Source of the DNA: Phycisphaerae bacterium
Lineage (GTDB): Bacteria > Planctomycetota > Phycisphaerae > WQYP01
Assembly (NCBI GenBank): GCA_035524355.1
Contig: DATKPA010000019.1
Span: forward strand, 34,117 to 98,116
DNA: 64,000 nucleotides
Reading direction: 5' to 3'
Shown here: positions 39,745 through 49,594 of the stretch, piece after piece
Numbering within the stretch: the stretch's first letter is position 1
Layout of the letters: each line of letters begins with the position of its first letter
Notes under the pieces: generated by a model
What the model saw: only the letters and a program-made list of their open reading frames with translations
What the model was told of the DNA's origin: nothing
Databases searched by the model: none
Translations under genes and position numbers: made by a program

Positions 39745-39945
39745 ATGAAGATTTTATTGAATGGTCGTGATTTTGAGGTGCCGGCGGAGACGACGATTGC
39801 GCAGTTGATCAAGCTGCGGGAGATCAAGACGCCGGCGTATGCGGTGGAGCGGAATCGGGAGGTTGTCTTTCGCAAAGAGCATGCGGAGACGGTGCTGGCG
39901 GAGGGGGATCGGGTGGAGATTGTTGTCGCTGTTGGCGGCGGGTGA
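39745..39945 (+). CDS. thiS: Sulfur carrier protein ThiS
   Basis: [23 protein letters not shown]-terminal GG. Confidence 0.93.
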   Translation: MKILLNGRDFEVPAETTIAQLIKLREIKTPAYAVERNREVVFRKEHAETVLAEGDRVEIVVAVGGG

Positions 39946-40009
39946 GCGGGTGGGGGATTTAGTCATTGAGTGATTGAATCATTGAGTCATTGGTTTTGGG
40001 ATTTGGGTT

Positions 40010-40885
40010 ATGACCACGATTGAGACATCAATTCAGAATTCAGAATTCAGAATTCAGAATGGGAGAAGCGAGGGGGTTCCGGCGTTGAAGATTGGGCCGT
40101 ATACGTTGCAGTCGCGGTTGATCGTGGGGACGGGGAAGTATTCGTCGCTGGAGCTGATGCAGCGGTGTCATGAGGTGTCGGGGGCGGATTGTGTGACGGT
40201 GGCGATTCGGCGGGAGCGGTTGTTTGATAAGTCGTCGGGGCGGAATATTCTGGAGTACATCGATCCGGCGCGATATACGCTGCTGCCGAACACGGCGGGG
40301 TGTTTTAATGCGGAGGATGCGGTGCGGATTGCGCACCTGGGGCGGGAACTGCTGGCGCATTCGGGATTTCGTGGGGCGGAGTGGGTGAAGCTGGAGGTGT
40401 TGGGGGATACGAAGACGCTGTTGCCGGAGCCGGTGGGGACGCTGGAGGCGACGAAGCGGCTGGTGAAGGATGGGTTCCAGGTGCTGGTGTACTGCTCGGA
40501 TGATGTGATGCTGTGCAAGCGGCTGAAGGAGGCGGGAGCGGCGGCGGTGATGCCGGCGGGGTCGCCGATCGGGTCGGGGCAGGGGGTGCTGAATCCGAAT
40601 GCGATTCGGATTTTGATGGAGGAATTGAAGGGGAATGATCCGGAGTATCCGGTGATTGTGGATGCGGGTGTGGGGACGGCAAGCGATGTGGCGCAGGCGA
40701 TGGAGCTGGGGGTGGATGGGGTGCTGTTGAATACGGCGATTGCGGGGGCGACCGATCCGGTGGGGATGGCGGTGGCGATGAATCATGCGTGGCGGGCGGG
40801 GTGGTTTGCGGCGCGGGCGGGGCGGATTCCGCGGAAGCTGTACGCGACGGCGAGCAGTCCGTGGGAGGGGCGGATTAATGGTTAA
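40010..40885 (+). CDS. thiG: Thiazole synthase
   Basis: [43 protein letters not shown]. Confidence 0.96.
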   Translation: MTTIETSIQNSEFRIQNGRSEGVPALKIGPYTLQSRLIVGTGKYSSLELMQRCHEVSGADCVTVAIRRERLFDKSSGRNILEYIDPARYTLLPNTAGCFNAEDAVRIAHLGRELLAHSGFRGAEWVKLEVLGDTKTLLPEPVGTLEATKRLVKDGFQVLVYCSDDVMLCKRLKEAGAAAVMPAGSPIGSGQGVLNPNAIRILMEELKGNDPEYPVIVDAGVGTASDVAQAMELGVDGVLLNTAIAGATDPVGMAVAMNHAWRAGWFAARAGRIPRKLYATASSPWEGRING

Positions 40886-40932
40886 TTGAGTTAATGGGGT
40901 TAAATGGGGTGAGGGGTTGCTCAATAATTAGT

Positions 40933-41694
40933 TTACTCGGCGAGTTTGACGCTGCTCACCTGGAGGTCGAAGATTTCGTAGGTGTAGCCCTGATCGCGCT
41001 TCACGTTGATGGTGAGTTTTCCGGTGACGGAGATTTCGTCGGGGGTGTACTGGACGGCTTTGCCTTTTTCGGTTTTGCAGTTGATGGTGTGCTGGACGCC
41101 GGGGGGTTGTCCGAAGCAGCAGTTGGCGAGGGTGGGGACGAGGGCGAAATCGGTGATGTCCTCGGCCTGGTTGAGGGGGATCATGAAGCCGCGGAGGCGG
41201 ACGGTGGCGCCGTTGAGGTATTTGATATCGGGGGGGATGTCGGCGTCGGCGGTGGGATCGAACTCGAAGTTGCCGAGCTCGCGGATGGTCATGGAGACGG
41301 TCTCGCCGGCGGGGACGGGCTGGTGGGGGATGCGCTGCTTGTTGGTGGTGGGATCGATGTCTTTGGGATTCACGGTGACGGAAGCAGGGGCGGTGGTGGC
41401 AGCGGGAAGGGGCGGGGGCGGGGCGATTTTGGCTTCGGCGTCGACAATGTAGGTGAGGATTTCGTTGCGGCGTTGTTTGTCGTCGCGGACGTCGGGGGAG
41501 GCGACGTATTTTTTGAGGAGGGGGACGGCGGTGGCGTAGTCGCCGGAGTGGTAGGCGGCGAGGGCCTGGGCGCCGAGGGACTGGCTGGCGGCGGCGCGGG
41601 CGATGCTCGCGTTGTGCTGGGCGAGGAAGTAGGCGCCGGTGGCGGCGCCGGCGACGACGATGAGGAGGATGGCGATGTTGAGGGTGGAACGCAT
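40933..41694 (-). CDS. DUF3299-domain protein
   Basis: LNGATVRLRGFMIPL, FALVP..ANCCFGQPP; follows the ABC pair. Confidence 0.8.
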   Translation of the reverse strand: MRSTLNIAILLIVVAGAATGAYFLAQHNASIARAAASQSLGAQALAAYHSGDYATAVPLLKKYVASPDVRDDKQRRNEILTYIVDAEAKIAPPPPLPAATTAPASVTVNPKDIDPTTNKQRIPHQPVPAGETVSMTIRELGNFEFDPTADADIPPDIKYLNGATVRLRGFMIPLNQAEDITDFALVPTLANCCFGQPPGVQHTINCKTEKGKAVQYTPDEISVTGKLTINVKRDQGYTYEIFDLQVSSVKLAE

Positions 41695-41782
41695 GGGCTA
41701 CGGATACTCCACGGGTGGGGGGATTAGAGACTGCCTGACAGACCACGTCGCTTCCCGATCGGTAGCCGATGTCGAGGGGAAA

Positions 41783-41812
41783 GCACATTCCGGCGATACC
41801 ATCGCCGGCTTT
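41783..41812. repeat. REP-like palindrome GCACATTCCGGCGATRCCATCGCCGGCTTT, copy 1
   Basis: Same element at 45275 and 59526. Confidence 0.88.
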
Positions 41813-41817
41813 ATTGA

Positions 41818-43242
41818 TCAGCCGACGAGGTTTTCCGCGACGGGGGTCTGGTAGGCCTTCAGGGCGGGGACGAGTCCCGCGAGGAAGGCGACGACAATCG
41901 CGACAAGCAAGTATAGCAGCTCAACCCCGGTGAAGTGCCACCAGGGGAGACCGGTGCCCATGACTTCCTGCATGTAGGCGGATCCGGTGCCGGCGAGGAG
42001 GTGGCCGATGATGATGCCGGCGATGGCACCCAACCCCCCTACCAATGCGGCTTCGAGGCAGATGATGGAGAGGATGCGGACGCGCGTGGCGCCGAGGGCG
42101 CGCATGATCGCGATCTCTCGCGCGCGGCCGACGATGCTGTTGTAGATGCTCACGAGGATGGAGACGGCGGAGACGACGAGGACGAGGGCGGCGATGACGA
42201 AGAGGAGCTGGAAGATGGGGGGAAGGACGTTGTCGAAGAAATCGGCCATGACGCCGGCGGGGCTGACGGACATGGCGTCGGGAGAATTGCGCAGGAGGAA
42301 TTCGAGCTGGTTTTTGGTGGCACCGGAGCGGGACTTCACGAGGATCGCGGAGACCTCCCAGTCGGCCTTGGGGAGTTTGTTATTGATGGTGCCGTCGGGG
42401 TTGAGGGTGTAGCCTTCGTTGGCGGGTTGGGATTCGGGTTCGGGGGCCGGGGGAGGCGGCGGCGGGGTGGAGGCGGCGGCGGTTCCGCCTTTGATCTGGG
42501 CGATGGCTTCGAGGCCGGTCTCGTGTTCGAAGATGGCGTAGAAGGTGCGGACGGGGATGAAGAGGCAGCGGTCGTTGGCGGTGTGGGTTTCGTTGAGGAC
42601 GCCGACGATGGTCCAGACTTCGGGGTGGATGTCGGGGATGTCGTTGGGTCCGGGGAAACCGTGGGTGGCGTGGAAGGATTTTCCGACGGTGAGGCCGAGG
42701 TCTTTGGCGACTTCGGAGCCGACGACGGCTTCGAACTTGCGGCCGTGGAAGGGGCGGCCATCGGCGAAGGTGTAGTGCTCACCGGAGCGGATTTCGGGGA
42801 TTTTTTCTTCGGGCAGGGGATTGAGTTCGTCATCAACGCCGAAGAGCTGGCCGGAGGTGCCGACAATACGGCGGCCCTGATAGCTGTCGCCGACGGCGTA
42901 GGGGACGGCCCATTGGACGAGGCCGCGGTATTCGTTCTTTTTGCCGGTGAGGGCGGAGGTGGGTGAACCGGTGGCGAGGTCTTCGTAGAGAGCGTAGGGG
43001 ATATTGCCCTGGGATTTGCCGAGGTGGTAGATGGTGTTCATCACCAGGTCGAAGCCGGAGCCCTTGGGGCCGACGAGGGTGTCGTAGCCGTAGTCGGACT
43101 GGGCGAGGATGCTGCGGCCTTCCTTCTGCATGATGGAGATGCTGATGCCGAGGGCGACGGCGAGGGTGACGGCGAGGCCGGTGAGGAGTGTGGAGAGGAG
43201 GCGTTGGCGCATCTGTTTGAGGATGAGTTCGAAGATGTTCAT
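41818..43242 (-). CDS. ABC transporter permease (MacB/FtsX type, Zrg-like)
   Basis: VGPKGS, GDSYQG, HATHG, REIAIMRALGA, AGLVPALKAY. Confidence 0.88.
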   Translation of the reverse strand: MNIFELILKQMRQRLLSTLLTGLAVTLAVALGISISIMQKEGRSILAQSDYGYDTLVGPKGSGFDLVMNTIYHLGKSQGNIPYALYEDLATGSPTSALTGKKNEYRGLVQWAVPYAVGDSYQGRRIVGTSGQLFGVDDELNPLPEEKIPEIRSGEHYTFADGRPFHGRKFEAVVGSEVAKDLGLTVGKSFHATHGFPGPNDIPDIHPEVWTIVGVLNETHTANDRCLFIPVRTFYAIFEHETGLEAIAQIKGGTAAASTPPPPPPAPEPESQPANEGYTLNPDGTINNKLPKADWEVSAILVKSRSGATKNQLEFLLRNSPDAMSVSPAGVMADFFDNVLPPIFQLLFVIAALVLVVSAVSILVSIYNSIVGRAREIAIMRALGATRVRILSIICLEAALVGGLGAIAGIIIGHLLAGTGSAYMQEVMGTGLPWWHFTGVELLYLLVAIVVAFLAGLVPALKAYQTPVAENLVG

Positions 43243-43949
43243 TTGGACCCCCCTGCCGGGTGCATGGCGTGGTTGATTTCGGAAAGCTGGACTTGACGCG
43301 AGAGTTTCTGGGCGATGGCGAGGTCGTGGGTGACGAGGAGGAGGGCAGCGTTGACTTCGCGGCAGAGGTTCTGGATGAGTTCGAGGGTTTGCTGGGCGTT
43401 TACGGCATCAAGGGCGCCGGTGGGTTCATCGGCGAGGACGAGCTGGGGGCGGTTGGCGAGGGCGCGGGCGACGGCGACGCGCTGCTGCTGGCCGACGGAC
43501 ATTTTTCCGGGCTTGTAGGAGAGGCGGTGGGAGAGGCCGACGCGGTCGAGGAGGTGGGTGGCCCACGTGCGGTCGGCGGGTCTTCCGGTGAAGGACATGC
43601 CGAGGAGGACGTTTTCAAGTGCAGAGAGTCCGGGGAGGAGGTGGTGGGTCTGGAAGATGTATCCGATGTGCTGACCGCGGAAGTGGTCGCGCTGGGCTTC
43701 AGGGAGCTTGGCGATGTTTGTGGTTTGCCCCCCCACCGTGTATTCGATGCTGCCGGAGTCGGGGGTGAGGATTCCGGCGAGGAGATGGAGGAGAGTGGTT
43801 TTGCCGGAGCCGCTGGAGCCGAGGAGAGCGATTTGTTCGCCGTCGGCGAGGGAAAACTGGTTGATGGCAACGACGGGAACGGGAAGATCGCCCGGGGCGG
43901 AACCCGGGGGCGGCAGAAAGTTTTTGACGAGGTCGGAGACGCGTAACAT
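43239..43949 (-). CDS. ABC transporter ATP-binding protein
   Basis: GSSGSGKTT, MSVGQQQRVAVARAL, LADEPT. Confidence 0.93.
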   Translation of the reverse strand: MLRVSDLVKNFLPPPGSAPGDLPVPVVAINQFSLADGEQIALLGSSGSGKTTLLHLLAGILTPDSGSIEYTVGGQTTNIAKLPEAQRDHFRGQHIGYIFQTHHLLPGLSALENVLLGMSFTGRPADRTWATHLLDRVGLSHRLSYKPGKMSVGQQQRVAVARALANRPQLVLADEPTGALDAVNAQQTLELIQNLCREVNAALLLVTHDLAIAQKLSRQVQLSEINHAMHPAGGSK

Positions 43950-43995
43950 AAGGCACCCACTTTAAGACAAAACAACGTTGCCGCAGGCGCAAGAA

Positions 43996-44027
43996 TGCAA
44001 CAAAGTTGCGATTGCAATTCTATTGCT
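43996..44027. promoter_or_regulatory. Tandem TGCAA-N5-TTGC boxes (putative Zur-type operator)
   Basis: TGCAA-CAAAG-TTGCG and TGCAA-TTCTA-TTGCT, 17 bp apart, about 50 bp upstream of the ABC ATPase start. Confidence 0.6.
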
Positions 44028-44451
44028 AAGGAGGCGTCCGTCAATTTGGGGCAGGGAGGGGAACGTCCGTTTTTGTTCTTGTCCCACTTTAACAAAGCAA
44101 ATGTTAAAATAGATAACCACACATAGGGGCAGAAGTGTCCTATAAAATCAATGAAGAGCTATGACCAACCGCGTTTACCACCTAAATTAACACGCACGCA
44201 CCACGTTGTAGATAAAATAGTAAATGCAATATTGTTAAAATAGGAAAGATTATCAAGGCGGTTAGCTGATACATAAGGGCATGAAACACGCCGGATGGCA
44301 CGAGACTCTGAAGGGCTGCAGGATCAAGTCAGCCTCGAGGAGAGAACAGTCCAGCGGGTTTCTGAAGTCCCGGTTCGGAGTAACCGGTTCCTGTTCCAGT
44401 GACGGCACGAAGAAGGAATCTTCCAACCGTCCAACGCCACAGGAGTCCACC

Positions 44452-45183
44452 ATGCCCGCCGTTGAAACCCTTCTCGAAAAGTTTGTCGCCCCCCTGTTCG
44501 CCGGTGACCGTTCCGGTGCCCGCGCGATTGTTGCGGAGGCCTTCGAAGAAGGGCTGACCGCAGAAGAAATCATCATGCAGTTGATTTGGCCGACGATGGA
44601 GAAGGTACAGGGGATGTACCGTTCGGATCGGATCAACACGGGGACGCATCACATGGCGTCGCGGTTGCTGCGGATGCTGGCGGACCAGTTGGCGCTGCGG
44701 TTGCCGCGGTCGGAGCGGAATGGGCGGACGATGTTGGTGGTCTGCTCGCCGGGGGAACCGGAGGAGCTGGGGGCACAGATTACGACAGACCTGGCGGAAG
44801 CGCATGGGTGGTCGGTGCACTTTGCGGGCGGCGGGGTTCCGAATGATGAGATTGTCGGGTGGATCGGGCAACTGCAGCCGCAGGTGCTGATGGTGTACGG
44901 GACGATTCCGAGCGCCACGCCGATGGTGCGGCAACTGATTGATTTGCTGCACGATGTGGGGATTTGTCCGAAGCTGCAGATTATCTGCTCGGGCGGGGTA
45001 TTTAATCGGGCGGAGGGGCTGTCGGAGGAGATTGGTTCGGATCTGTTTGCTCCGGATCCAGTGTCGGCGCTGGAGATTCTGCAGGCGTATCCAGGCAAGC
45101 GGGCGACGCCGGAGCAGCAGACGGTGGGCCGGAAGCGCCGTGTGAAGAAGGCCCCCCCCCACTCGGCCGCGAAGGCGGAGTGA
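44452..45183 (+). CDS. B12-binding-like domain protein (cap plus Rossmann), lacking the His ligand
   Basis: LIWPTMEKV..INTGTHHMA cap, PGEPEELGA, SGGVF, IGSDLFAPD; AGGAG RBS. Confidence 0.82.
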   Translation: MPAVETLLEKFVAPLFAGDRSGARAIVAEAFEEGLTAEEIIMQLIWPTMEKVQGMYRSDRINTGTHHMASRLLRMLADQLALRLPRSERNGRTMLVVCSPGEPEELGAQITTDLAEAHGWSVHFAGGGVPNDEIVGWIGQLQPQVLMVYGTIPSATPMVRQLIDLLHDVGICPKLQIICSGGVFNRAEGLSEEIGSDLFAPDPVSALEILQAYPGKRATPEQQTVGRKRRVKKAPPHSAAKAE

Positions 45184-45203
45184 GTTTTCAACGATTGCCA
45201 AGC

Positions 45204-45249
45204 AGCACCGGGAATCCTCACGGAGATAGGGTCCCGGTGCTTTCGTTTT
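45204..45249 (+). terminator. Intrinsic terminator
   Basis: AGCACCGGGA...TCCCGGTGCT followed by TTCGTTTT. Confidence 0.7.
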
Positions 45250-45274
45250 GCGGGGGGTAATTGTCGAAGCGAGA

Positions 45275-45306
45275 GCACATTCCGGCGATGCCATCGCCGG
45301 CTTTTT
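45275..45306. repeat. REP-like palindrome, copy 2
   Basis: GCACATTCCGGCGATGCCATCGCCGGCTTTTT. Confidence 0.88.
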
Positions 45307-45309
45307 GCT

Positions 45310-47577
45310 TCAGTGATTGAGTTCGTGGCGGATGTTGGTGAGGGCGCGGGCGATCTGGTTGCGGAGGGAGGGGGTGGTGCGGGTGGCGCCGAAGCGGACG
45401 TCGTAGTAGGTGTTGACGAGCCAGAGTGCGTCGGCGGAAGCGGAGCGGAACCGGGGGGCGAGGAGCTCGACGTATTCGCGCGGGGTCTGGTCGGGAGATC
45501 GGCGGGCGCCGGTGCGGGCGAGAAGTCGGAGGAATTCCTCGAAGAAGAGGAGGTCCTGGGCGAGTTGGCGCTGGATGCGGCGGTCCACCTTGCGGAGGAT
45601 GCGGGTGATGGGGCTCGTGCGGCGGCGGTTCCAGCGGTAGGTGAGCCAGAAGACCATCCAGGCGATGAAGATCGCGGAGCCGGTGCCGAGGATCTTGTCC
45701 GACCAGGTGGTGGTGCGGGAAAAGGCGAATTCTTCGAGGGTGAGCCCCCAGTCGTTGGCGAGGTGACGGAGCTGGTCGGGGATGCCGGCGAAGATGCTGC
45801 GGACGTATCCGAAGACAGAGGAGCGGGAAGCGTTGTCGAAGCCGATGATGGAGGAGAGCCAGTCGCGCTGGACGATTTCGGCGAGGTCACGGAAGAGGTT
45901 GGAGAAGGGGAGTTGGGAGGGGGTATCGCCGCTGGCGGGGGTGGGGTCGAAGGTGACCCAACCGCGGCCGGAGAAAAACAGTTCGGCCCAGGCGTGGGCG
46001 TATTTTTCGCGGACGATGTAATTGCCGCTGATGGAGTTGAATTCCCCGCCATGGTAGCCGGTGACCATGCGGGCGTTGATGCCGACGGAACGGCAGAGCA
46101 TGACCATGGCGGAGGCGAAATAAGTGCAGGGTCCGCCGGAGTCTTTGCAGTTGAGGAGGAAATCGGCGGTGGGGTCGAGACTGGAATTGACGGAGTGTTG
46201 CGTCAGGGAATAGGGGTAAGAGGTGCGGAGGTAGTCTTCGAAACGATCGGCGGCGAGGCGGATGTCCTGGGCGCGGATGTGCTCTCCGGGCGGGGGGACA
46301 GGAACGATGCCATTGAGGAGTTGGCGGGCGAGGCTGGAGACCTCATCGGGGATGTCAACGGGGGTGACGAAGGTGGGTTCATCGATGTTTGTGTGGGCGA
46401 TGAGATCGGAGGTGATGGTGTAACGGAGGGAGGAAAGGGGTTGGCCGCGCAGGAGAAGCGTATTTTCACGGTCGGCGAAGCTGATGACGAGATTGGTGTC
46501 GGATTGGAAGGTGGAAGCGGGGGCGAGGGTAAACAGGACACTGCCGACGTTTCCCTGGATCCGGTACTGCTGAGTGATTTGGGGCGTGCCGGAGGAATTC
46601 TGCTGGGGACGAAGAGGGACGGGGGTGTTGGCGGGTGCGGGGATTTCGCGGACGTTGGGGCTGAAACTGTAATCCTGGGGAAAGAGATAGCCGGAGCGGA
46701 TCCATTGGCGATTGTGGCTGTCGTAGGTGTCGAGGGCGAGGCCGCGGAAATAGGGTTGGTAATACTCGGAGCCGATGTTGACGCCATCCTGTTCGAGTCG
46801 GACTTCCATGGCGACGGCGTTATTCTGGCGGAGTTCACCGTAGTCGCCGAGGTGGACACGGTCGGAGAAGCCGGTGCGAAAGGTGGAGTTGGCGGACCAG
46901 CCGTAGACGAGGCCTGAGCCGCGGGTGCGGGGGAGGAGGAGGAAGGCGCCCACGGCGACCAAGGCGAGAAGCACCATGGACCAGGAGGTAACGCGGCGAA
47001 TATCGCGTCGGAGGAGGGGGTCGGCGAGGTTGGAGAGATTGGAATTGATGAGCCGACCGAGGATGGCGGATTCGGTTTCAGCGCGGAGGTGGAGGAGCAT
47101 GATGGCGTAAAACGCGAGGCCGAGGTAGGCGACGAGGATGGAGGCGAAGAAGAGCGAGGCGGAGAAGATGGCGCCGGCGACCATGATGAGGAGTGTGAGG
47201 GTGAAAATCTGGGCGTAATCGCGGTTGGTTTTGCGGTCGAAGAATTTGCAGATGAGGATGCCGGTCATGAAGTGGCCGAGGATGAGGAGGAGATTGGGGC
47301 TGGCGTTTCGACCCTGGGTGGGGTCGAAGACGACTTCGTAGAAGAGAAAGGCGGCGGTGCAGAGGACGCCGAAGTTGACGATGGTGCGCGGCAGGGGTTT
47401 GCCGCGGGGGCTTTCGACGATGATCCAGGAGATGACGGCAGCGGCAGAGATGAGGATGAAAGTGATGGGGTTTTCTTCGGCATAGGCGAAACCGGCGACG
47501 GCGAGGAGGACGAGGAGGTACGCGAGCACCCGGAAGCGCTTGTAGAGGTCGAAGGCGGGTGTGGGGGCGACGGTCAT
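45310..47577 (-). CDS. TgpA-like transglutaminase membrane protein (DUF3488 / DUF4129)
   Basis: N-terminal TMs, GPCTYFASAM, ARMVTGY, AHAWAE, WVTFDPTP, QTPREY. Confidence 0.9.
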   Translation of the reverse strand: MTVAPTPAFDLYKRFRVLAYLLVLLAVAGFAYAEENPITFILISAAAVISWIIVESPRGKPLPRTIVNFGVLCTAAFLFYEVVFDPTQGRNASPNLLLILGHFMTGILICKFFDRKTNRDYAQIFTLTLLIMVAGAIFSASLFFASILVAYLGLAFYAIMLLHLRAETESAILGRLINSNLSNLADPLLRRDIRRVTSWSMVLLALVAVGAFLLLPRTRGSGLVYGWSANSTFRTGFSDRVHLGDYGELRQNNAVAMEVRLEQDGVNIGSEYYQPYFRGLALDTYDSHNRQWIRSGYLFPQDYSFSPNVREIPAPANTPVPLRPQQNSSGTPQITQQYRIQGNVGSVLFTLAPASTFQSDTNLVISFADRENTLLLRGQPLSSLRYTITSDLIAHTNIDEPTFVTPVDIPDEVSSLARQLLNGIVPVPPPGEHIRAQDIRLAADRFEDYLRTSYPYSLTQHSVNSSLDPTADFLLNCKDSGGPCTYFASAMVMLCRSVGINARMVTGYHGGEFNSISGNYIVREKYAHAWAELFFSGRGWVTFDPTPASGDTPSQLPFSNLFRDLAEIVQRDWLSSIIGFDNASRSSVFGYVRSIFAGIPDQLRHLANDWGLTLEEFAFSRTTTWSDKILGTGSAIFIAWMVFWLTYRWNRRRTSPITRILRKVDRRIQRQLAQDLLFFEEFLRLLARTGARRSPDQTPREYVELLAPRFRSASADALWLVNTYYDVRFGATRTTPSLRNQIARALTNIRHELNH

Positions 47578-47792
47578 GGGCGCTGCGATTCCGACTGAGG
47601 GGCCGAGAGGCAACGGGACTGAAAGTCTGCTGAGATTATACGTTGGGGATGAGGGGGAGTTGCGGAAAATCCCGGGGGGAGGGGGGAGGGTGGGGTACGG
47701 TTACGGGGCGGCGGTTTGGTTATTGGGGCGCGCACAATGCCCCGCGCCGCCCGAGGCGGCGGGCGTCGTTCCGGGTGCAATGCGGAGATGGG

Positions 47793-48758
47793 TTATTTGC
47801 CGGCGACGGTGAGTTGGACGCGGTGCTCTTCTTCGAGGCGGCGGAGGGAGTAGGGAAGCTCAAAGTGCATGTTTTCTTCGGTCACGTGGACGTCCTCGAC
47901 GGTGGCGTCGTATTCCTTCTGGAGGAGGGCGATGATGGCCTGGACGAGGTCTTCGGGAGCGGAAGCGCCGGCGGTGAGGAGGAGGGTTTTGACGCCCTTG
48001 AGCCAGTCGTGGTTGATCTCGGAGACATCATCGACGAGGTAGCTCTTGATGCCGCGGTTTTCGGCGATCTCGACGAGGCGGAGGGAGTTGGAGGAGTTCT
48101 TGGAGCCTACGACGAGGACGAGGTCAGACATGGGGGCGAGTTCGACGACCGCTTGCTGGCGGTTGGTGGTGGCGTAGCAGATGTCTTCTTTTTTCGGGGT
48201 GTGGATGTGGGGGAATTTCTTTTTCAGGGCGTTGATGACGCGGTTGGCGTCGTCGATGGAGAGGGTGGTCTGGGTGAGGTAGGCGATTTTGTGGTTGGCG
48301 GGGATTTCGAGACGTTCGACGTCTTCGGGGGATTCGACGATCTTGATGCAGTCGGGGGCTTCGCCGAGGGTGCCGATGACTTCGTCGTGGTCTTCGTGGC
48401 CGATGAGGATGATGGTGTATTTCTTGTTGGCGAAACGGATGGCTTCGGAGTGGACCTTGGTGACGAGGGGGCAGGTGGCATCGACCTGGAGGAGGTTGCG
48501 GTCCGAGGATTTGTGGCGGATTTCGGGGGAGACGCCGTGGGCGGAGTAGACGACGGTGCCGCCGGAGGGGACTTCTTCGATGGAGTTGACGAAGATGACG
48601 CCTTGGTGGACGAAGCGGTCGACGACGTGCTTGTTGTGCACGATTTCGTGATAGACGTAGACGGGGGGGCCTTTGAGTTTGAGGACGCGATCGACGCATT
48701 CGATGGCCATGTTGACGCCAGCGCAGAAGCCGCGGGGGTTGGCGAGCAGGATTTTCAT
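47793..48758 (-). CDS. ispH: 4-hydroxy-3-methylbut-2-enyl diphosphate reductase
   Basis: PRGFCAGV, EIVHN, SAHG, DATCPLV, DICYATTNRQ, SSNS, TAGASAP. Confidence 0.97.
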   Translation of the reverse strand: MKILLANPRGFCAGVNMAIECVDRVLKLKGPPVYVYHEIVHNKHVVDRFVHQGVIFVNSIEEVPSGGTVVYSAHGVSPEIRHKSSDRNLLQVDATCPLVTKVHSEAIRFANKKYTIILIGHEDHDEVIGTLGEAPDCIKIVESPEDVERLEIPANHKIAYLTQTTLSIDDANRVINALKKKFPHIHTPKKEDICYATTNRQQAVVELAPMSDLVLVVGSKNSSNSLRLVEIAENRGIKSYLVDDVSEINHDWLKGVKTLLLTAGASAPEDLVQAIIALLQKEYDATVEDVHVTEENMHFELPYSLRRLEEEHRVQLTVAGK

Positions 48759-48870
48759 GGCCATAGACATCCTTCGTATGTGCGACAGTGCATCAAAGTT
48801 CGCAGGCGGGTATTCTAGCAGAAATGATGGCGGAGGTGGTAGATTAGGGGGACTTATGAGGGAAATGGTC

Positions 48871-49092
48871 ATGAGCCATGTTGAAGCGATTTTCCGGCAC
48901 GGGGTGTTTGAGCCATTGGAACCGGTGAATCTGCCGGAGGAGCAGCGGGTTCAGTTGAGCTTTGAGGCGAAGGGTAAATTGGAATTCCTTGGCTGGCTAA
49001 AGAAAGTGCGCGCTCTGCAGGAGGAGATCATTCGCGAAGTCGGCATACTTCCGGACAGCACGACGGATATCGCCGAGGACCGTCTACGATGA
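48871..49092 (+). CDS. AF2212/DUF104-like antitoxin
   Basis: VEAIFRHGVFEPLEPVNLPE; ATGA overlap with the PIN gene. Confidence 0.82.
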   Translation: MSHVEAIFRHGVFEPLEPVNLPEEQRVQLSFEAKGKLEFLGWLKKVRALQEEIIREVGILPDSTTDIAEDRLR

Positions 49093-49526
49093 ATGAACTG
49101 GTCGTTGACAGTTGCGTGGTAGCAAAGTGGATCCTTCCTGAAACTGACTCTCTTCAGGCGCAAAGATTGGTCACTGACGCTGGGACGTCCTCCATGAAAC
49201 TGGTGGTGCTGGATTTGGCGTTTGCCGAAGTTTCGAACGCCATTTGGAAGCGACATCGGCAGAAAGGCATTTCGCTGGAGCGCGCACGAGAATTGGTGCG
49301 CGAGCTGGAAGCACTCCATTCCCTTCCCCTGCAAATTGAAATTTCGCAGAAATTCATTCGCCCAGCGTTCGAGATTGCGACCCAGTATGGCCGCTCGATG
49401 TACGATGCGTTGTTCCTCGCGCTGATGCAAGAACGAGGATCGCGAGGAGTCACGGCGGACGAGCCTTTATACAACACCACACATGCGGATTTTCCCAATC
49501 TGATCCTCTTGAGAAACCTTCAATAG
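49089..49526 (+). CDS. VapC PIN-domain toxin
   Basis: VVDSCVVAKW, EVSNAIWK, MYDALF, VTADE. Confidence 0.88.
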   Translation: MNELVVDSCVVAKWILPETDSLQAQRLVTDAGTSSMKLVVLDLAFAEVSNAIWKRHRQKGISLERARELVRELEALHSLPLQIEISQKFIRPAFEIATQYGRSMYDALFLALMQERGSRGVTADEPLYNTTHADFPNLILLRNLQ

Positions 49527-49594
49527 CCGTTTAACCGGTTTGCGGGAACGAAGCGAGCTATTAGGATGGGGGACTTTGGTATTTGAGGTGATGG

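Noticed and set aside
44260-44451. Cobalamin riboswitch upstream of the B12-binding-like gene
   Set aside because: No recognisable B12-box or conserved core by eye; would need an Rfam scan.
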